DNA of 64,000 bases from Promethearchaeota archaeon (GCA_048939625.1 JBHLPH010000007.1:1-64000); one strand, 5' to 3'; counted from the stretch's first letter, positions 29,544 through 40,188 are shown. The notes: generated by a model from the letters alone, not told the origin. Made by a program: numbers and translations.

Positions 29544-30887
29544 ATGAAACGAGATGCTGAAGAACTGTTGAAAGAGCTATGTCCCGATTTGAACATTACA
29601 AAAAGCATGAAAGAGTGGGTGCAAAGAGCGGAACAGGTTGTCGCGAAAACAACGCAAACTCGCGATATTTACCCCGTAGTTGACCACACCCAAGGCGAAG
29701 GTCCATGGATCTATGACTTGAAAGGTAACCAATATCTGGATGTCACAGCTGGCGTAGCCGTGCGAGCTCTCGGATTCAGAAACCCCGTGGTAAAAGATTT
29801 TGAACACCGGATTAGCGATTATCTGCGCGAAGTTCCTGGCCATGACTTTGATCTTATTCCTCAGACTCTGCTTGCTGAAAGACTCACAGGAATCACACCT
29901 GGTGATCACGAAAAGGAGGTTTTCTTTACTACCAGTGGTGGTCGAGCGGTTGAATCAGCAGTAAAATCTGTAATGGATACTACTCATAAGTTCCGCTTTA
30001 TCGCCTTTCAACCCGCTTTTCATGGACGAACGGGCTATTCTCTGGCTTTGACCGCAAGCAAGCATGTTCACAAAAATTACTATCCTCAAGGATTAGATGT
30101 AATTCGTGGGCCCTACCCGTATTGCTTCCGGTGCCCCTTTGGTCAGGACATCAAAAACTGCAATCTCGAATGTGTTCAATACCTTCGTGATTCCATCATT
30201 TATGGTGGAACTGATATTGCTGCAGTTGTGATTGAACCAATTTGTGGCGAAGGTGGTATCATTCCGGCTCCAGTGAAATGGTTTAAGGAAATCCGAAAGT
30301 TAGCTGATGAATTGGGCGCAAAACTCATCAGCGATGAAGTCCAAGCAGGTCTCGGACGAACTGGAAAATGGTGGGGTGTTGAGCATGGCGGAATTATCCC
30401 GGATTATATCTGCACGGCTAAAGCGTTAGGTGGAGGCTTTCCATTTGGTGCCGCTATAGGACCCAAACCGATGTATACTGATTATAGTCGTCACTCAGAA
30501 ACCTTTGGTGCAGAACCTTATGTATCCCTGCTCTCCCTTTCTATACTTCGTACCATCGAACGAGATGGATTATTAGGCAATGCAACAAAGCGCGGTAACC
30601 AGCTTCTCAAAGGACTTCGTGAAATTCAAGAAAACAGCAACATCATCGGGGATGTCCGAGGACGTGGACTCATGTGTGCTGTTGAAATCGTAACCGACAA
30701 GAAATCCAATGCAATAGATTCGACTAAACGAGATGCCGTCATCAATAATGCAGTGAATAAACAACGTCTCTGGATTTTGGGTGCAGGTCGAAGCGGAATT
30801 CGCTTCATTCCCCCTCTCACAATCACGCCTGACCAAATTGATATTGCCCTTGAACGCTTTGGCAAAGCAGTGAAATCTGTCAAATAA
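29544..30887 (+). CDS. Class III PLP aminotransferase
   Basis: TSGGRAVE, FHGRT, EPICGEGG, DEVQAGLGRTG, AKALGGG; ATG at 29544 preferred over TTG at 29520. Confidence 0.94.
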   Translation: MKRDAEELLKELCPDLNITKSMKEWVQRAEQVVAKTTQTRDIYPVVDHTQGEGPWIYDLKGNQYLDVTAGVAVRALGFRNPVVKDFEHRISDYLREVPGHDFDLIPQTLLAERLTGITPGDHEKEVFFTTSGGRAVESAVKSVMDTTHKFRFIAFQPAFHGRTGYSLALTASKHVHKNYYPQGLDVIRGPYPYCFRCPFGQDIKNCNLECVQYLRDSIIYGGTDIAAVVIEPICGEGGIIPAPVKWFKEIRKLADELGAKLISDEVQAGLGRTGKWWGVEHGGIIPDYICTAKALGGGFPFGAAIGPKPMYTDYSRHSETFGAEPYVSLLSLSILRTIERDGLLGNATKRGNQLLKGLREIQENSNIIGDVRGRGLMCAVEIVTDKKSNAIDSTKRDAVINNAVNKQRLWILGAGRSGIRFIPPLTITPDQIDIALERFGKAVKSVK

Positions 30888-30911
30888 ACAGCTCAATAAC
30901 GAGGGTAATCT

Positions 30912-31103
30912 ATGCTATTTAAAGCGGATCGACTCCTCTTCATCGGTATTCTTTGTCTCATCATCGGAATCATCATCTTCATCATTGGACCCTACCTCCC
31001 CATTCCTTCAATTATTCCCCTAGCAATCGCCTCCATCCTCGTCCTTATTGCTATAATTGCCGTGTTACTCGCCTTATGCAACTATCAACGCGGTTATGCC
31101 TAG
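30912..31103 (+). CDS. Small two-TM membrane protein
   Basis: Two hydrophobic helices; GAGG RBS. Confidence 0.6.
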   Translation: MLFKADRLLFIGILCLIIGIIIFIIGPYLPIPSIIPLAIASILVLIAIIAVLLALCNYQRGYA

Positions 31104-31145
31104 TCTCGCGGACTTAACGTTTTCTAATTCACATCAGCTGATTTT

Positions 31146-31187
31146 CCCTCCCCCCTCCTGGACCCTCCCCCCACCCTTTAGGTGGGG
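31146..31187. repeat. C-rich direct repeat / G-quadruplex-capable tract
   Basis: CCCTCCCCCC at 31146-31155 and 31163-31172; CCCCACC/GGTGGGG hairpin. Confidence 0.5.
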
Positions 31188-31616
31188 ATTGGTGATGGTA
31201 GTGTTGGAGGGTGAGGTGTTGGCTCGTGAAGGTGAGGGGGAGGCGAATCCAGCTGAGGTTGTAGTCGGAGATTTGGTTGATGTATTAGTGGGAGGTGAAA
31301 TCCATGATGTTTGATATGCTGTGGGTGTTCCAGGGTAGGAGGCAGGCAAAAAATTTGAAGTGGGTGGCGATGAACAGTATTAGTAATTCTAATTGAATGG
31401 GCTGAATAGATCGGAACGCTTTCGACGCATGATCTCTCTGTCTCTTGGGGTTATTTGATATGTTTTTTTGGAATTTGTTTCCGTTTCAACACTCTCTTGA
31501 GGGTACAAAGCAAAAAGAGGAGTGGTAGGGTGGAGGTCTTACCACGCCTACTCGATTCCATACACCACTAACTACGGTGGGATGGGATGCTGTTTCAGAA
31601 CGGTTGACCAGGAGGT

Positions 31617-31937
31617 TTAGCCGAGTTTGAAGACGCTTTGCAGTTTCATGAGGTGGCTCATGTCACCTTGAGACTTGAGTTTACCTGACATGAAGGCTGC
31701 GACGGCATTTAGCTGTCCATTGGAAATGGCCATCCAGTCGTCTTTGCTAATGGTGATGATTAGGTCTGCCTTATCAGCAGGGCCTTCACCCCAGTCGATT
31801 TTCTGGTCTTTGATGGTAATGTTGTATTTATTGTCGCCTTGGATGTCCATTTCGATGACGCAGTTCCAGCCTGCGGCAGCGGCAGGGTCAAAGGTTCCGA
31901 CCATGGCTTCTAAGCCTTCTTTTGGATTGTCTACCAA
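31617..31937 (-). CDS. SCP2 sterol/lipid-carrier domain protein
   Basis: ADLIITIS..DW, NAVAAFMSGKLKSQGDM; AGGTGA RBS. Confidence 0.92.
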   Translation of the reverse strand: MVDNPKEGLEAMVGTFDPAAAAGWNCVIEMDIQGDNKYNITIKDQKIDWGEGPADKADLIITISKDDWMAISNGQLNAVAAFMSGKLKSQGDMSHLMKLQSVFKLG

Positions 31938-32034
31938 TAGAATTCACCTAAGAGTATTGGAAGTTCTGCCAATGTTGAGGCAGTATTCTTTAAAAGCATA
32001 ACTTACCGTCAAAAAATAGTCTTCAATCGCGCTA

Positions 32035-32724
32035 TTAGCGATGGGTGATAGTGTATTGGCATTTATGTGCTCCTTCGGCAATCGCCTCATCATGGGTAAT
32101 TTGAAGGGACTTATCATGAGTACGGACTAGATTTGTGATGAGGCTTTCATGGTACCGGCAAATCGTGCCAGGGTAAGTTGTCGAGACTCCGTGGTAAATG
32201 CAGTTACCCACATACAAGTAGAATCCCTTCGAGAAGGCTTGATGTTTTGCATAACAGCCTTGCTCGTTGATATGGTCACAGATGAATTGCACCATATCAG
32301 CTAAAGTATTTGGACGGGTTCTTGATTTGTCCCATTTTACAATTAACCGTTCAACCTGCAATTTCGCTGCTCGATCTAAAAGACCCACAACATGTTCTAT
32401 TCCTTCTTCTTCGATGAGCTGTTCCACAAGTGTGATGGCTAGATGTTGAAACTGGCGGGGTGGGATGGACAGCTTCAAGCCTTTATCGATTTGAAAGTAA
32501 GTTGCTGGCCTGCCTCGCCGGGCTGGTCCCTCGGTATCAGTTGTTTCAATTACCACACCTAGATGGACTAGGCGTTGAAGGCTATTTCGGACAGCAGTAT
32601 AGCTCAATCCAGTTGCTTTTGCAATACCATCAATAGTGACCTGGGGTTTAGTAGCAATGGTTTCGACGATTCGCGAATCGATTTCATACCGGTCCATAAC
32701 GCGACCGAGTGCTCGCTTAGACAT
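32035..32724 (-). CDS. ArsR-type wHTH regulator with C-terminal Cys/His (V4R-like) domain
   Basis: HTH LSYTAVRNSLQRL, RRGRP wing, NCIY..IC.YHE..C; start set at ATG 32724 after AGGTG. Confidence 0.85.
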   Translation of the reverse strand: MSKRALGRVMDRYEIDSRIVETIATKPQVTIDGIAKATGLSYTAVRNSLQRLVHLGVVIETTDTEGPARRGRPATYFQIDKGLKLSIPPRQFQHLAITLVEQLIEEEGIEHVVGLLDRAAKLQVERLIVKWDKSRTRPNTLADMVQFICDHINEQGCYAKHQAFSKGFYLYVGNCIYHGVSTTYPGTICRYHESLITNLVRTHDKSLQITHDEAIAEGAHKCQYTITHR

Positions 32725-32837
32725 GAAGACACCTATGTTCATTGGCCTCGAGGGAAACTGACTCAGAAATTGACGGCGTTTTAGCTAAAGTCAGTTTCTA
32801 GAGTTTCTATTTCTTGTCTTCTTACAATTAAATTATT

Positions 32838-34031
32838 CTATTTTGCAAGCGAAATCCTTTCCAGGCTCTGCACTGCAGTTGTAACCATTTTTTCTAAAGG
32901 TAACGCTGATTCAGCTTGATGTATCTCAACTAATTTTGCTCCAATGGTCGGTTGCCGGGGTACAGCGAAGCAATCTCCAACGTCTTGACTCGAGTATTCG
33001 TACGTGCCAATACGACGAGCCAGATCCATAGTCTCAGTTTTGTCCGTCCCTATCAAAGGACGGAAAATCGGAAGGGCAACGGCGGAATCTAATATGGTTA
33101 GATTAACAAGGGTTTGGGAAGCCACCTGACCCAACGTTTCACCAGTTACTAGGGCGTGAGCGCCTTCTTGGGCTGCAACCATTGCACCAAGGCGATACAT
33201 CATGCGTTTACAGAGAATACACGTGAGTTTAGGAAAATCAGGTAGTTGCAGCTGGCGAAGAATCTCATAATAGGGAATAACCAACAGCTCCACTTTTTTG
33301 GTAGGAATCCACTTTGCCAGTTGCTGTGCACTGCGAAGAGCCCGAGTTCGAAGGACATCTTGCTGCGGGCGATCTGAATCGAAATACAGGGGAATCACAC
33401 GAGCGCCTCGTTTCATCATCAGCCATTGGGCAACAGGGCTATCAAGCCCTCCCGAATGGAGGCCTAACACTTTGCCCTGGGACCCATAGGGGAGTCCCCC
33501 TGGCCCAGCAATAATAGATGTGAAGATATAACTGAATTTCTCACGAATCTCGATATGAACTTCAACGTCGGGATTATCCAGGTCAACACGAGCTGCAGGT
33601 TGATTCTTTCCTGTAACCTCGATAATAGCAGTTCCAACACGGGCTGCAATCTCTTGGCTAGTAAAGGGATGGCTTTTCACACGCCGGACTCGAGCAGCAA
33701 AGCTTTGCCCCTCCGAGATGATGCTTGGTGCCAAGGTTTTGACCTTCTTGATGATTAATTCAGGTTCTGATGCAATAGTCCAGACTGGACTAACGGAAAT
33801 GACTCCAAAAACCTGAGCTACAATCTGTGCAACAACATTAGCTTCTGTTGTGAGAATAAAGAAACGACCTCGCTCTCGAGTAATTTCTGAAAACTCGGTA
33901 CCCTGCCGTGTGAGCATGATGTCTATATGGTTATGAAGCAAACTCTCAAGATGACGGCGAACACCCGGGCTTTTCAAAGTAATTTCGCCATATCGAACAA
34001 GTACTCTATCGGGATTCAAAGATGTTGACAC
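32838..34031 (-). CDS. thiI: tRNA 4-thiouridine synthase ThiI
   Basis: RYGEITLK, THUMP domain, PP-loop SGGLDS, CILC, GQVASQT, RPLIG. Confidence 0.96.
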   Translation of the reverse strand: MSTSLNPDRVLVRYGEITLKSPGVRRHLESLLHNHIDIMLTRQGTEFSEITRERGRFFILTTEANVVAQIVAQVFGVISVSPVWTIASEPELIIKKVKTLAPSIISEGQSFAARVRRVKSHPFTSQEIAARVGTAIIEVTGKNQPAARVDLDNPDVEVHIEIREKFSYIFTSIIAGPGGLPYGSQGKVLGLHSGGLDSPVAQWLMMKRGARVIPLYFDSDRPQQDVLRTRALRSAQQLAKWIPTKKVELLVIPYYEILRQLQLPDFPKLTCILCKRMMYRLGAMVAAQEGAHALVTGETLGQVASQTLVNLTILDSAVALPIFRPLIGTDKTETMDLARRIGTYEYSSQDVGDCFAVPRQPTIGAKLVEIHQAESALPLEKMVTTAVQSLERISLAK

Positions 34032-34094
34032 AGTGCATTCACCAGTATTTCATCACATCTTGAAGGGAGGAGGTAGGCTTTTTTTATACTTTCT

Positions 34095-35378
34095 TTGTTT
34101 TCATTACTTATGCCTTCTTCAGAACGTGTCTCGTGTTTCTACTGTGCTCAATACGCAAAAGTGGTTAAGGAGTATCCCATAAATATTGCATCTCATGATG
34201 CGAGCTCCTTTACTCCGCGTTGTTCCCTGCACTGGCAATATGAATGCAATACATGTGGAAAATTAAGACACTTCAACGGAATTGCCTGGTGTTCCACTTG
34301 TAAAACATTTACCTGTCTAGCCTGTGGCGATGAAAAAATGGTCCACAAAGAATTCCTGATCTATGACAACTACTATACAATTCCCTGTGCAAATTGTGGA
34401 AAAATGAATCCTGCATTAGATTTCGCAGAATACGATGGAACCCATCCCTACCAAATTGGGGCTCTCCAACCAGTAGAAGGTCTTGCTATCTGGAAACCCA
34501 GCCCCACAGATGAGATTGCAACACAGGAGTTTCCCCATCAGGCATGGGGGCGTCAAAGAGTTCTCAGGCTTGGAAGATGTGGATACTGGAAGAGGCTCGA
34601 CTCGCTTGATGAAATCAGTCCAATAGCCCTCTGGGACGAAGCTGCTCCAACTTGGGTATCCTTTGTTGGAGAAGGCGGAGACTACCATCACAAATACATT
34701 ATTTTGCCTGAACTATATCGCCTGATTGATGTGCAACAAGACGAGATAATTTTAGACGTTGCTTGTGGCGAAGGAAACGTCGCCCGCCATCTAGCTAAAA
34801 ACGGAGCGAAGGTCACTGGGATAGACATTTCCAAAATGCTGGATTTTGCCATTGAACGAGAAGAAAAAGAACAATTGGGCATTCGCTATGTGAAACTCAA
34901 TGCTGAACAGCTTCTAGACAAATTCAGTGAAGGCTCCTTTGACAAAATAGTCTGCAATATGGCGTTAATGGACATCGATGATTACAAAACGACACTCAAA
35001 CAGATATCGCAGGCACTAAAAGAAAATGGCATTTTTGTGTTTAGTATTCTCCATCCAGCATTCAGCTGGCCTGCATGCAACACAATCAGGGTTCCCGGAG
35101 ATAGCCAAAGAAATGAAGACCGGATGAAAGTTGTCATCGATTACTTCGATGAACGACCCGTGCTCTACACCGATGACCCGCCAACGATACAGTTCACTAG
35201 ACCGATAAGCGCATACCTCAATGAACTGGTTAAAAATAATTTCGCGCTTGTTGAGGTGAGTGAACCAAAAGCTTCTGAAGACGTGGTTCAGCAATTTCCA
35301 AGAAAAGCTTACCTTGATGATCACCTTGTACCCGATTTTCTCATCCTGAAGACGATCAAGAAATCAACCTCTAATTAA
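34095..35378 (+). CDS. Class I SAM methyltransferase with N-terminal multi-Cys zinc-binding domain
   Basis: LDVACGEG, GIDIS, CNMALMD, RPISAYLN; N-terminal CxxC x5 plus His. Confidence 0.88.
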   Translation: MFSLLMPSSERVSCFYCAQYAKVVKEYPINIASHDASSFTPRCSLHWQYECNTCGKLRHFNGIAWCSTCKTFTCLACGDEKMVHKEFLIYDNYYTIPCANCGKMNPALDFAEYDGTHPYQIGALQPVEGLAIWKPSPTDEIATQEFPHQAWGRQRVLRLGRCGYWKRLDSLDEISPIALWDEAAPTWVSFVGEGGDYHHKYIILPELYRLIDVQQDEIILDVACGEGNVARHLAKNGAKVTGIDISKMLDFAIEREEKEQLGIRYVKLNAEQLLDKFSEGSFDKIVCNMALMDIDDYKTTLKQISQALKENGIFVFSILHPAFSWPACNTIRVPGDSQRNEDRMKVVIDYFDERPVLYTDDPPTIQFTRPISAYLNELVKNNFALVEVSEPKASEDVVQQFPRKAYLDDHLVPDFLILKTIKKSTSN

Positions 35379-35547
35379 GACTGGAACACGGGTCAATATT
35401 CATCCACACTTGGATCACTTTCTTTCCTTTGCTTTTTTATATACATCCAAAAAAACGGTGCTCGAATTATCGGTCTAAACAGCAGCATATTTATGAGATG
35501 TGTTTTTTTCCATTACTGAACATACCCAGTTATGGAGTGTGGAGAGT

Positions 35548-36726
35548 ATGACAAAAGAACAACAACGCCCCCCATTATGGGTATTTTTAGCAGTGCTGTT
35601 GGTTGCTTGCGTAATCATCACAGTAGGCTTAACCAATCCCCTCCTTCCTCAGATTATCAGACCCCCCAATCCTTTCAGTGTGGCTATCGTGTTGACCGAA
35701 GAGGGTCTTAATGATAGGGGGATTAATGATGCCTGTATCCAGGGTGCTCTAGACGCTCTCGATGATTTCGGGGTAGAATTTACACAAGCTGTGCCCTCAT
35801 CATATTCAGATATCGAGGTGCTCTTACGGCGTTATGCTGAACACGTAGGGTGGGCAACACCGTATGAGCTGATAATAGCTGTTGGAGTGGATGGTTCAGG
35901 TTCAGTAAGGTCTATCGCTCCTGATTATCCGAACCAAAAATTCGCTGCTATAGACGACTACATTAATTCGGGTGTACTTCCAAATCTACGATCAATCCGG
36001 TTTGCTGAGGAAGAAGGAGCTGCCCTTGTTGGTGCTCTTGCTGGACTTTATACAGTCACAAACAAGGTTGGATTCATCGGAGAGTCAGTTATCCTTCCCC
36101 GTGTTTATAGATATGGTGCAGGATTCTTCTGGGGTGCCGATCTCACAAATCCTTCCATAGCTTTGGAAATCGATGTGCCGTCCCCTAATATTGACTTTGG
36201 ATTCGTAAGTCCGTATGAAGATGAAGTCCTCGCTGAAGTTGAAGCTGATGAACAATATTTTGGAGGTTGTGATATTATTTTCTCAGTTGACGGAGTAATA
36301 TCAAAAACGCAGTTGTCAGCTGTGATCAACTCAGCTCGAAGAAACAACGCCACCAGAGGTCCTATCTGGGTTATTGGGTCTGATAATCCTAAAATGCATC
36401 TAGGAACAGCTAACTCAACCCAGCCCATTGCACCGACACTTGTTCTTTCATCAATGCTTAAACGCTTTGATGTCGCTGTTTATGACACGATTGTGAACTA
36501 TGTAGTAAACGGGCAATCTATTTCAGGCATTTCTCGGTTTAACTTGCTAAACAATGGTGTGGGCTGGGAGCTGAACAATACTCTTCTTGGACCACATTGG
36601 GCAGTTTCTGTAACAGACCAATTAATCATTTCAGATATCGCTCTTGGCATCATAAACGGAACGTACATAGTTCCTACAGATTACCCGTGGTTGTCACTCT
36701 ATACCTCAAGAGGACAAGGTTTTTGA
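35548..36726 (+). CDS. BMP-family ABC substrate-binding protein (orphan paralogue)
   Basis: FAEEEGAALVGALAG, VIGSD, SMLKRFDVA; colinear with 45830-46954; N-terminal TM; ATG 35548 preferred. Confidence 0.85.
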   Translation: MTKEQQRPPLWVFLAVLLVACVIITVGLTNPLLPQIIRPPNPFSVAIVLTEEGLNDRGINDACIQGALDALDDFGVEFTQAVPSSYSDIEVLLRRYAEHVGWATPYELIIAVGVDGSGSVRSIAPDYPNQKFAAIDDYINSGVLPNLRSIRFAEEEGAALVGALAGLYTVTNKVGFIGESVILPRVYRYGAGFFWGADLTNPSIALEIDVPSPNIDFGFVSPYEDEVLAEVEADEQYFGGCDIIFSVDGVISKTQLSAVINSARRNNATRGPIWVIGSDNPKMHLGTANSTQPIAPTLVLSSMLKRFDVAVYDTIVNYVVNGQSISGISRFNLLNNGVGWELNNTLLGPHWAVSVTDQLIISDIALGIINGTYIVPTDYPWLSLYTSRGQGF

Positions 36727-36849
36727 TATAAGGAACCTTGCCTAAGAGGTATTTCGTCCTTATCAATGGCAGGTAAATCCATTTATTAGCACAAAGGGGT
36801 TGTTGATGGGAAAAGGACCTTCTATTATTGGAAGATCTGAATCATCGAA

Positions 36850-38277
36850 GTGTGGTCAGCAATGGATTCAATTGAAACACAAATGGATCGCTTCTTCAAA
36901 CCGAAAAGTGTCGCCATCATCGGGGCTTCCCGAAGACCAGGACGAATTGGGCATATTGTTGTTGAACAAATGGTCGCAGCCAAGTTTCCTGGCCGATTGT
37001 ATCCTATCAATCCCAAGGCGGCTAAAGAAGGGCATCATATCCTTGGTATCAAAACCTATGCCTCAATCAAAGACTGTGGAGGTCCCATTGAGCTTGCAGT
37101 CATTGTAATCCCTGCCAAATATGTTCCTCAAGCAATGAAAGAATGCGCTGAAGTCAAAGTCCCTAATGTCATCATAGTATCTGGTGGTTTCCGTGAATCC
37201 GGTCCGGAGGGGGTTGCACTTGAAAATGAGGTGCTGGAAATTGCCCAGAAGGGGAACATTCGGGTTCTAGGCCCCAACTGTCTGGGAACCTTCAGCCCAA
37301 GCACACATATTGACACTCTCTTTCTTCCCGAAAGTACGACACCTCGACCTCAAGTGGGTCGAATCTCTTTCCTTTCACAATCTGGTTCGGTAGGCGGATC
37401 CGTGATGAGTTTCGCTTATAATGAAAAAATAGGATTTAGTAAATTCGCGAGCTTTGGTAACGCTATTGACGTTGATGAAGGTGATCTTATTGATTATCTT
37501 GAAGACGATGAAGACACTCAAGTCACAGGACTCTACCTCGAATCCATTAATCGTGGACGAAAATTCATCGATATCTGCAGCCGGGCTTGCAGGGTCAAAC
37601 CCTTCGTTGTAATTAAGGCAGGACGGAGTGAAGCTGGCACTAGGGCCGTTTCAAGCCATACTGGCTCACTTGCTGGCACCGATCGCATCTATGATGCAGC
37701 CTTTGAAGCAGCAGGAATTATTCGCGTTAAAACAATTGGTGAGTTCTTTGACGTTGCGAGAGCTCTTGCACACCAACCACCCGCAAAAAGTAACCGTATT
37801 GGCGTAATCACAAGTGGGGGTGGCTTTGGAGTGATGACGCTGGACGCGCTTGCTGACTACAACCTCGAAGCCCCGGAGTTATCTGCGGCTTTACAAAAGC
37901 GACTCCACACCAAACTCCCGTATTTCTACTCGGTTAAGAATCCTGTAGATCTAACCGGGTCTGCGACAGCCGAGCAATTTGCTTTTTCGATGAACACCTT
38001 GCTCGATAGCGACGAGGTCGATGGTATCATCGTGATTCCCCTTTTCATGACACCTTTGCTGGATGCTGAACAGGTCAGCCAGGCAATTGTGGAAGCCTCC
38101 GAGCAACGGAAGAAACCTATTATTGTTGTTTCAGTTCCATCAACCAAAGAAATCAGGCAACGAATGTTCAAACTCCGATTAGCAGGTGTACCATCTTATC
38201 ACTTGCCTATGCGTGGGGCAAGAGGAATCGCAGCACTCGTTGAATATGGAGAAATTATAACCCGTCCCAAAGACTAG
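36850..38277 (+). CDS. acdA: ADP-forming acyl-CoA synthetase alpha subunit
   Basis: VAIIGAS, LGPNCLG, SQSG, SHTGSLAG phospho-His, NPVDLTG; true start may be ATG 36862. Confidence 0.92.
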   Translation: MWSAMDSIETQMDRFFKPKSVAIIGASRRPGRIGHIVVEQMVAAKFPGRLYPINPKAAKEGHHILGIKTYASIKDCGGPIELAVIVIPAKYVPQAMKECAEVKVPNVIIVSGGFRESGPEGVALENEVLEIAQKGNIRVLGPNCLGTFSPSTHIDTLFLPESTTPRPQVGRISFLSQSGSVGGSVMSFAYNEKIGFSKFASFGNAIDVDEGDLIDYLEDDEDTQVTGLYLESINRGRKFIDICSRACRVKPFVVIKAGRSEAGTRAVSSHTGSLAGTDRIYDAAFEAAGIIRVKTIGEFFDVARALAHQPPAKSNRIGVITSGGGFGVMTLDALADYNLEAPELSAALQKRLHTKLPYFYSVKNPVDLTGSATAEQFAFSMNTLLDSDEVDGIIVIPLFMTPLLDAEQVSQAIVEASEQRKKPIIVVSVPSTKEIRQRMFKLRLAGVPSYHLPMRGARGIAALVEYGEIITRPKD

Positions 38278-38999
38278 CCAGTTCCTGAGAGTTGAAATTT
38301 AAGTAAATCATTTAGATTTGTGATCGTCAGATCGGGCGGAGGGTCCAAGTCGGTTGGAGCAGCTTGATCGGGGCGTTTAATGAGGACCGTAATCATCCCA
38401 ACGCGATTCCCCCCAATGATGTCACTACTCGAATCACCAACCATCACCGCATTCTCTGGAGAAACTTCAAATTTATCTAAAAGACGAAGGAATCCATCGG
38501 GTTCAGGTTTCGCGAATTCTTGTTCCTCGGTACCTAACATGACAAGTCCTTTGAAAAATCGCTCAAGATTAAACATTTTTAATTCCAAGATGGCAATTTC
38601 TGGTGGAGTATTCGTAAGAAGGCCCAGAGGGACCCTCTCGTGCAGTGACTCTAAGACATCCACATCATCAAAAAGGCGAATAATCCCTTTTGCAATAAAC
38701 TCTTGGCGTTTCTTGTAATCAATTTCGTCAAAGTGAGCAATGAAACTATCATACTCCTTTACACCCCAACTGCGCAGGACTAACTCAAATTCCCCACCCG
38801 AATGCCATAACCCCAAACGTATGGCTTCTGAAGGAATTGTGATATTGAACTCAGTGAGGGTTTGGACAAGAATTTCATCGAAAAAACTCCAAATTGATGG
38901 AATATTCACTAAGGTTCCATCTAAATCAAATAGCATCGTTCCAATTGGACGTTGAAAAATCGCTTCCAATAAATCACCCACGCAAGTGTAGAAAGACAA
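38274..38999 (-). CDS. HAD-IA hydrolase
   Basis: FDLDGTL, LTN, KPEP, VGDSSSDI. Confidence 0.9.
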   Translation of the reverse strand: MSFYTCVGDLLEAIFQRPIGTMLFDLDGTLVNIPSIWSFFDEILVQTLTEFNITIPSEAIRLGLWHSGGEFELVLRSWGVKEYDSFIAHFDEIDYKKRQEFIAKGIIRLFDDVDVLESLHERVPLGLLTNTPPEIAILELKMFNLERFFKGLVMLGTEEQEFAKPEPDGFLRLLDKFEVSPENAVMVGDSSSDIIGGNRVGMITVLIKRPDQAAPTDLDPPPDLTITNLNDLLKFQLSGTG

Positions 39000-39069
39000 T
39001 TCATCGACTGGCTCCCAAAACTCTTTTGGTCACGAATCCGATTAATAACTAAACTGGAGGTCTCGGTCA

Positions 39070-40188
39070 ATGCAGATTAAAATCGATGGGCAAATAGTCG
39101 ACATGCTCGCTGTTCAAATGGAACACCATATGGTTCGAATGATTGACCAGCGATGGTTACCTTTCAAATTTGAAATCAAAGAGCTAGATACTTATCAAGA
39201 TACAGTAAAAGCCATTAAGGATCTTGTAACTCGCGGAGCAGGTTCAGTCGGAGTGGCAGGCGCATTCGCTATGGCACAGGCCGCTCATGAGATTCAGACG
39301 TCTTTAGTGCTAGAGTTTAACCACTTGCTAATGGAATCTGCTCAAATAATTAAGGGTGCTCGACCTACCGCTGTTAATCTCTCTGCAGCTGTGAATTATT
39401 GCCTTTCTGCAGCTGAGGTTCAAAGCACTATAGAAGAAAAGCAGGCGAGTATTGATCAAGCAGCCCAATACATTTTGGCCTCTGATATGGCTGCATCTCA
39501 AGCCATTGGTCAAGCTGGGGCAAAACTTCTCAAACCCCAAAGTCAAGTCCTCACTCATTGTAATACAGGTGGACTCGGGCTCCAAGATCATGGATCCGCT
39601 TTGAGCATCATACGCTATGCATACAAAGCTGGAAATCTAAGGATGGTTTATGTATCAGAAACGCGACCTTGGCTGCAGGGAAGCCGGTTGACAACCTGGG
39701 AATTGCAACAAGAAGAAATTCCTCACCAACTTATCGTGGATAGTGCCTGCGGACATTTATTTCAAAAGAATCTTGTTAATGCCGTGATCGTTGGCGCTGA
39801 TCGAATTGTGGCTAATGGTGACGTCGCCAATAAAATTGGCACCTATGAGAAAGCTGTTCTTGCCAATGTGCACAAGATCCCGTTCTATGTTGCAGCACCT
39901 ATTGCTACCTTTGATTTGGAGATTCCCACTGGAGATCAAATAGAAATCGAAGAACGACCTTCAAAAGAAGTGCGAACTGTGATTGGACGACTTCCAACAG
40001 GCGGCATGGGACCAGTCCAAGTAGCCCCTGATCAAACGCCCGCCCTCAATCCAGTTTTTGATGTGACACCTGCAAAGTATATCACCGGGTTCATTACAGA
40101 AAGAGGAGTTTTGACAAAGATTAAGGCTAGTAAAATAATGAAGCTGGTAGAGAAATCTGGTTACTCCTCTAAAGAGAAAGGCATTTAG
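39070..40188 (+). CDS. mtnA: S-methyl-5-thioribose-1-phosphate isomerase (eIF2B-alpha-like family)
   Basis: IDQRWLP, RPTAVNL, THCNTG, ETRPWLQG, GADRI, ANKIGT, NPVFDVTP. Confidence 0.92.
   Translation: MQIKIDGQIVDMLAVQMEHHMVRMIDQRWLPFKFEIKELDTYQDTVKAIKDLVTRGAGSVGVAGAFAMAQAAHEIQTSLVLEFNHLLMESAQIIKGARPTAVNLSAAVNYCLSAAEVQSTIEEKQASIDQAAQYILASDMAASQAIGQAGAKLLKPQSQVLTHCNTGGLGLQDHGSALSIIRYAYKAGNLRMVYVSETRPWLQGSRLTTWELQQEEIPHQLIVDSACGHLFQKNLVNAVIVGADRIVANGDVANKIGTYEKAVLANVHKIPFYVAAPIATFDLEIPTGDQIEIEERPSKEVRTVIGRLPTGGMGPVQVAPDQTPALNPVFDVTPAKYITGFITERGVLTKIKASKIMKLVEKSGYSSKEKGI

Noticed and set aside
31057-31349. ORFs 31057-31314 (+) and 31134-31349 (-)
   Set aside because: Low-complexity products explained by compositional skew; no RBS or motif
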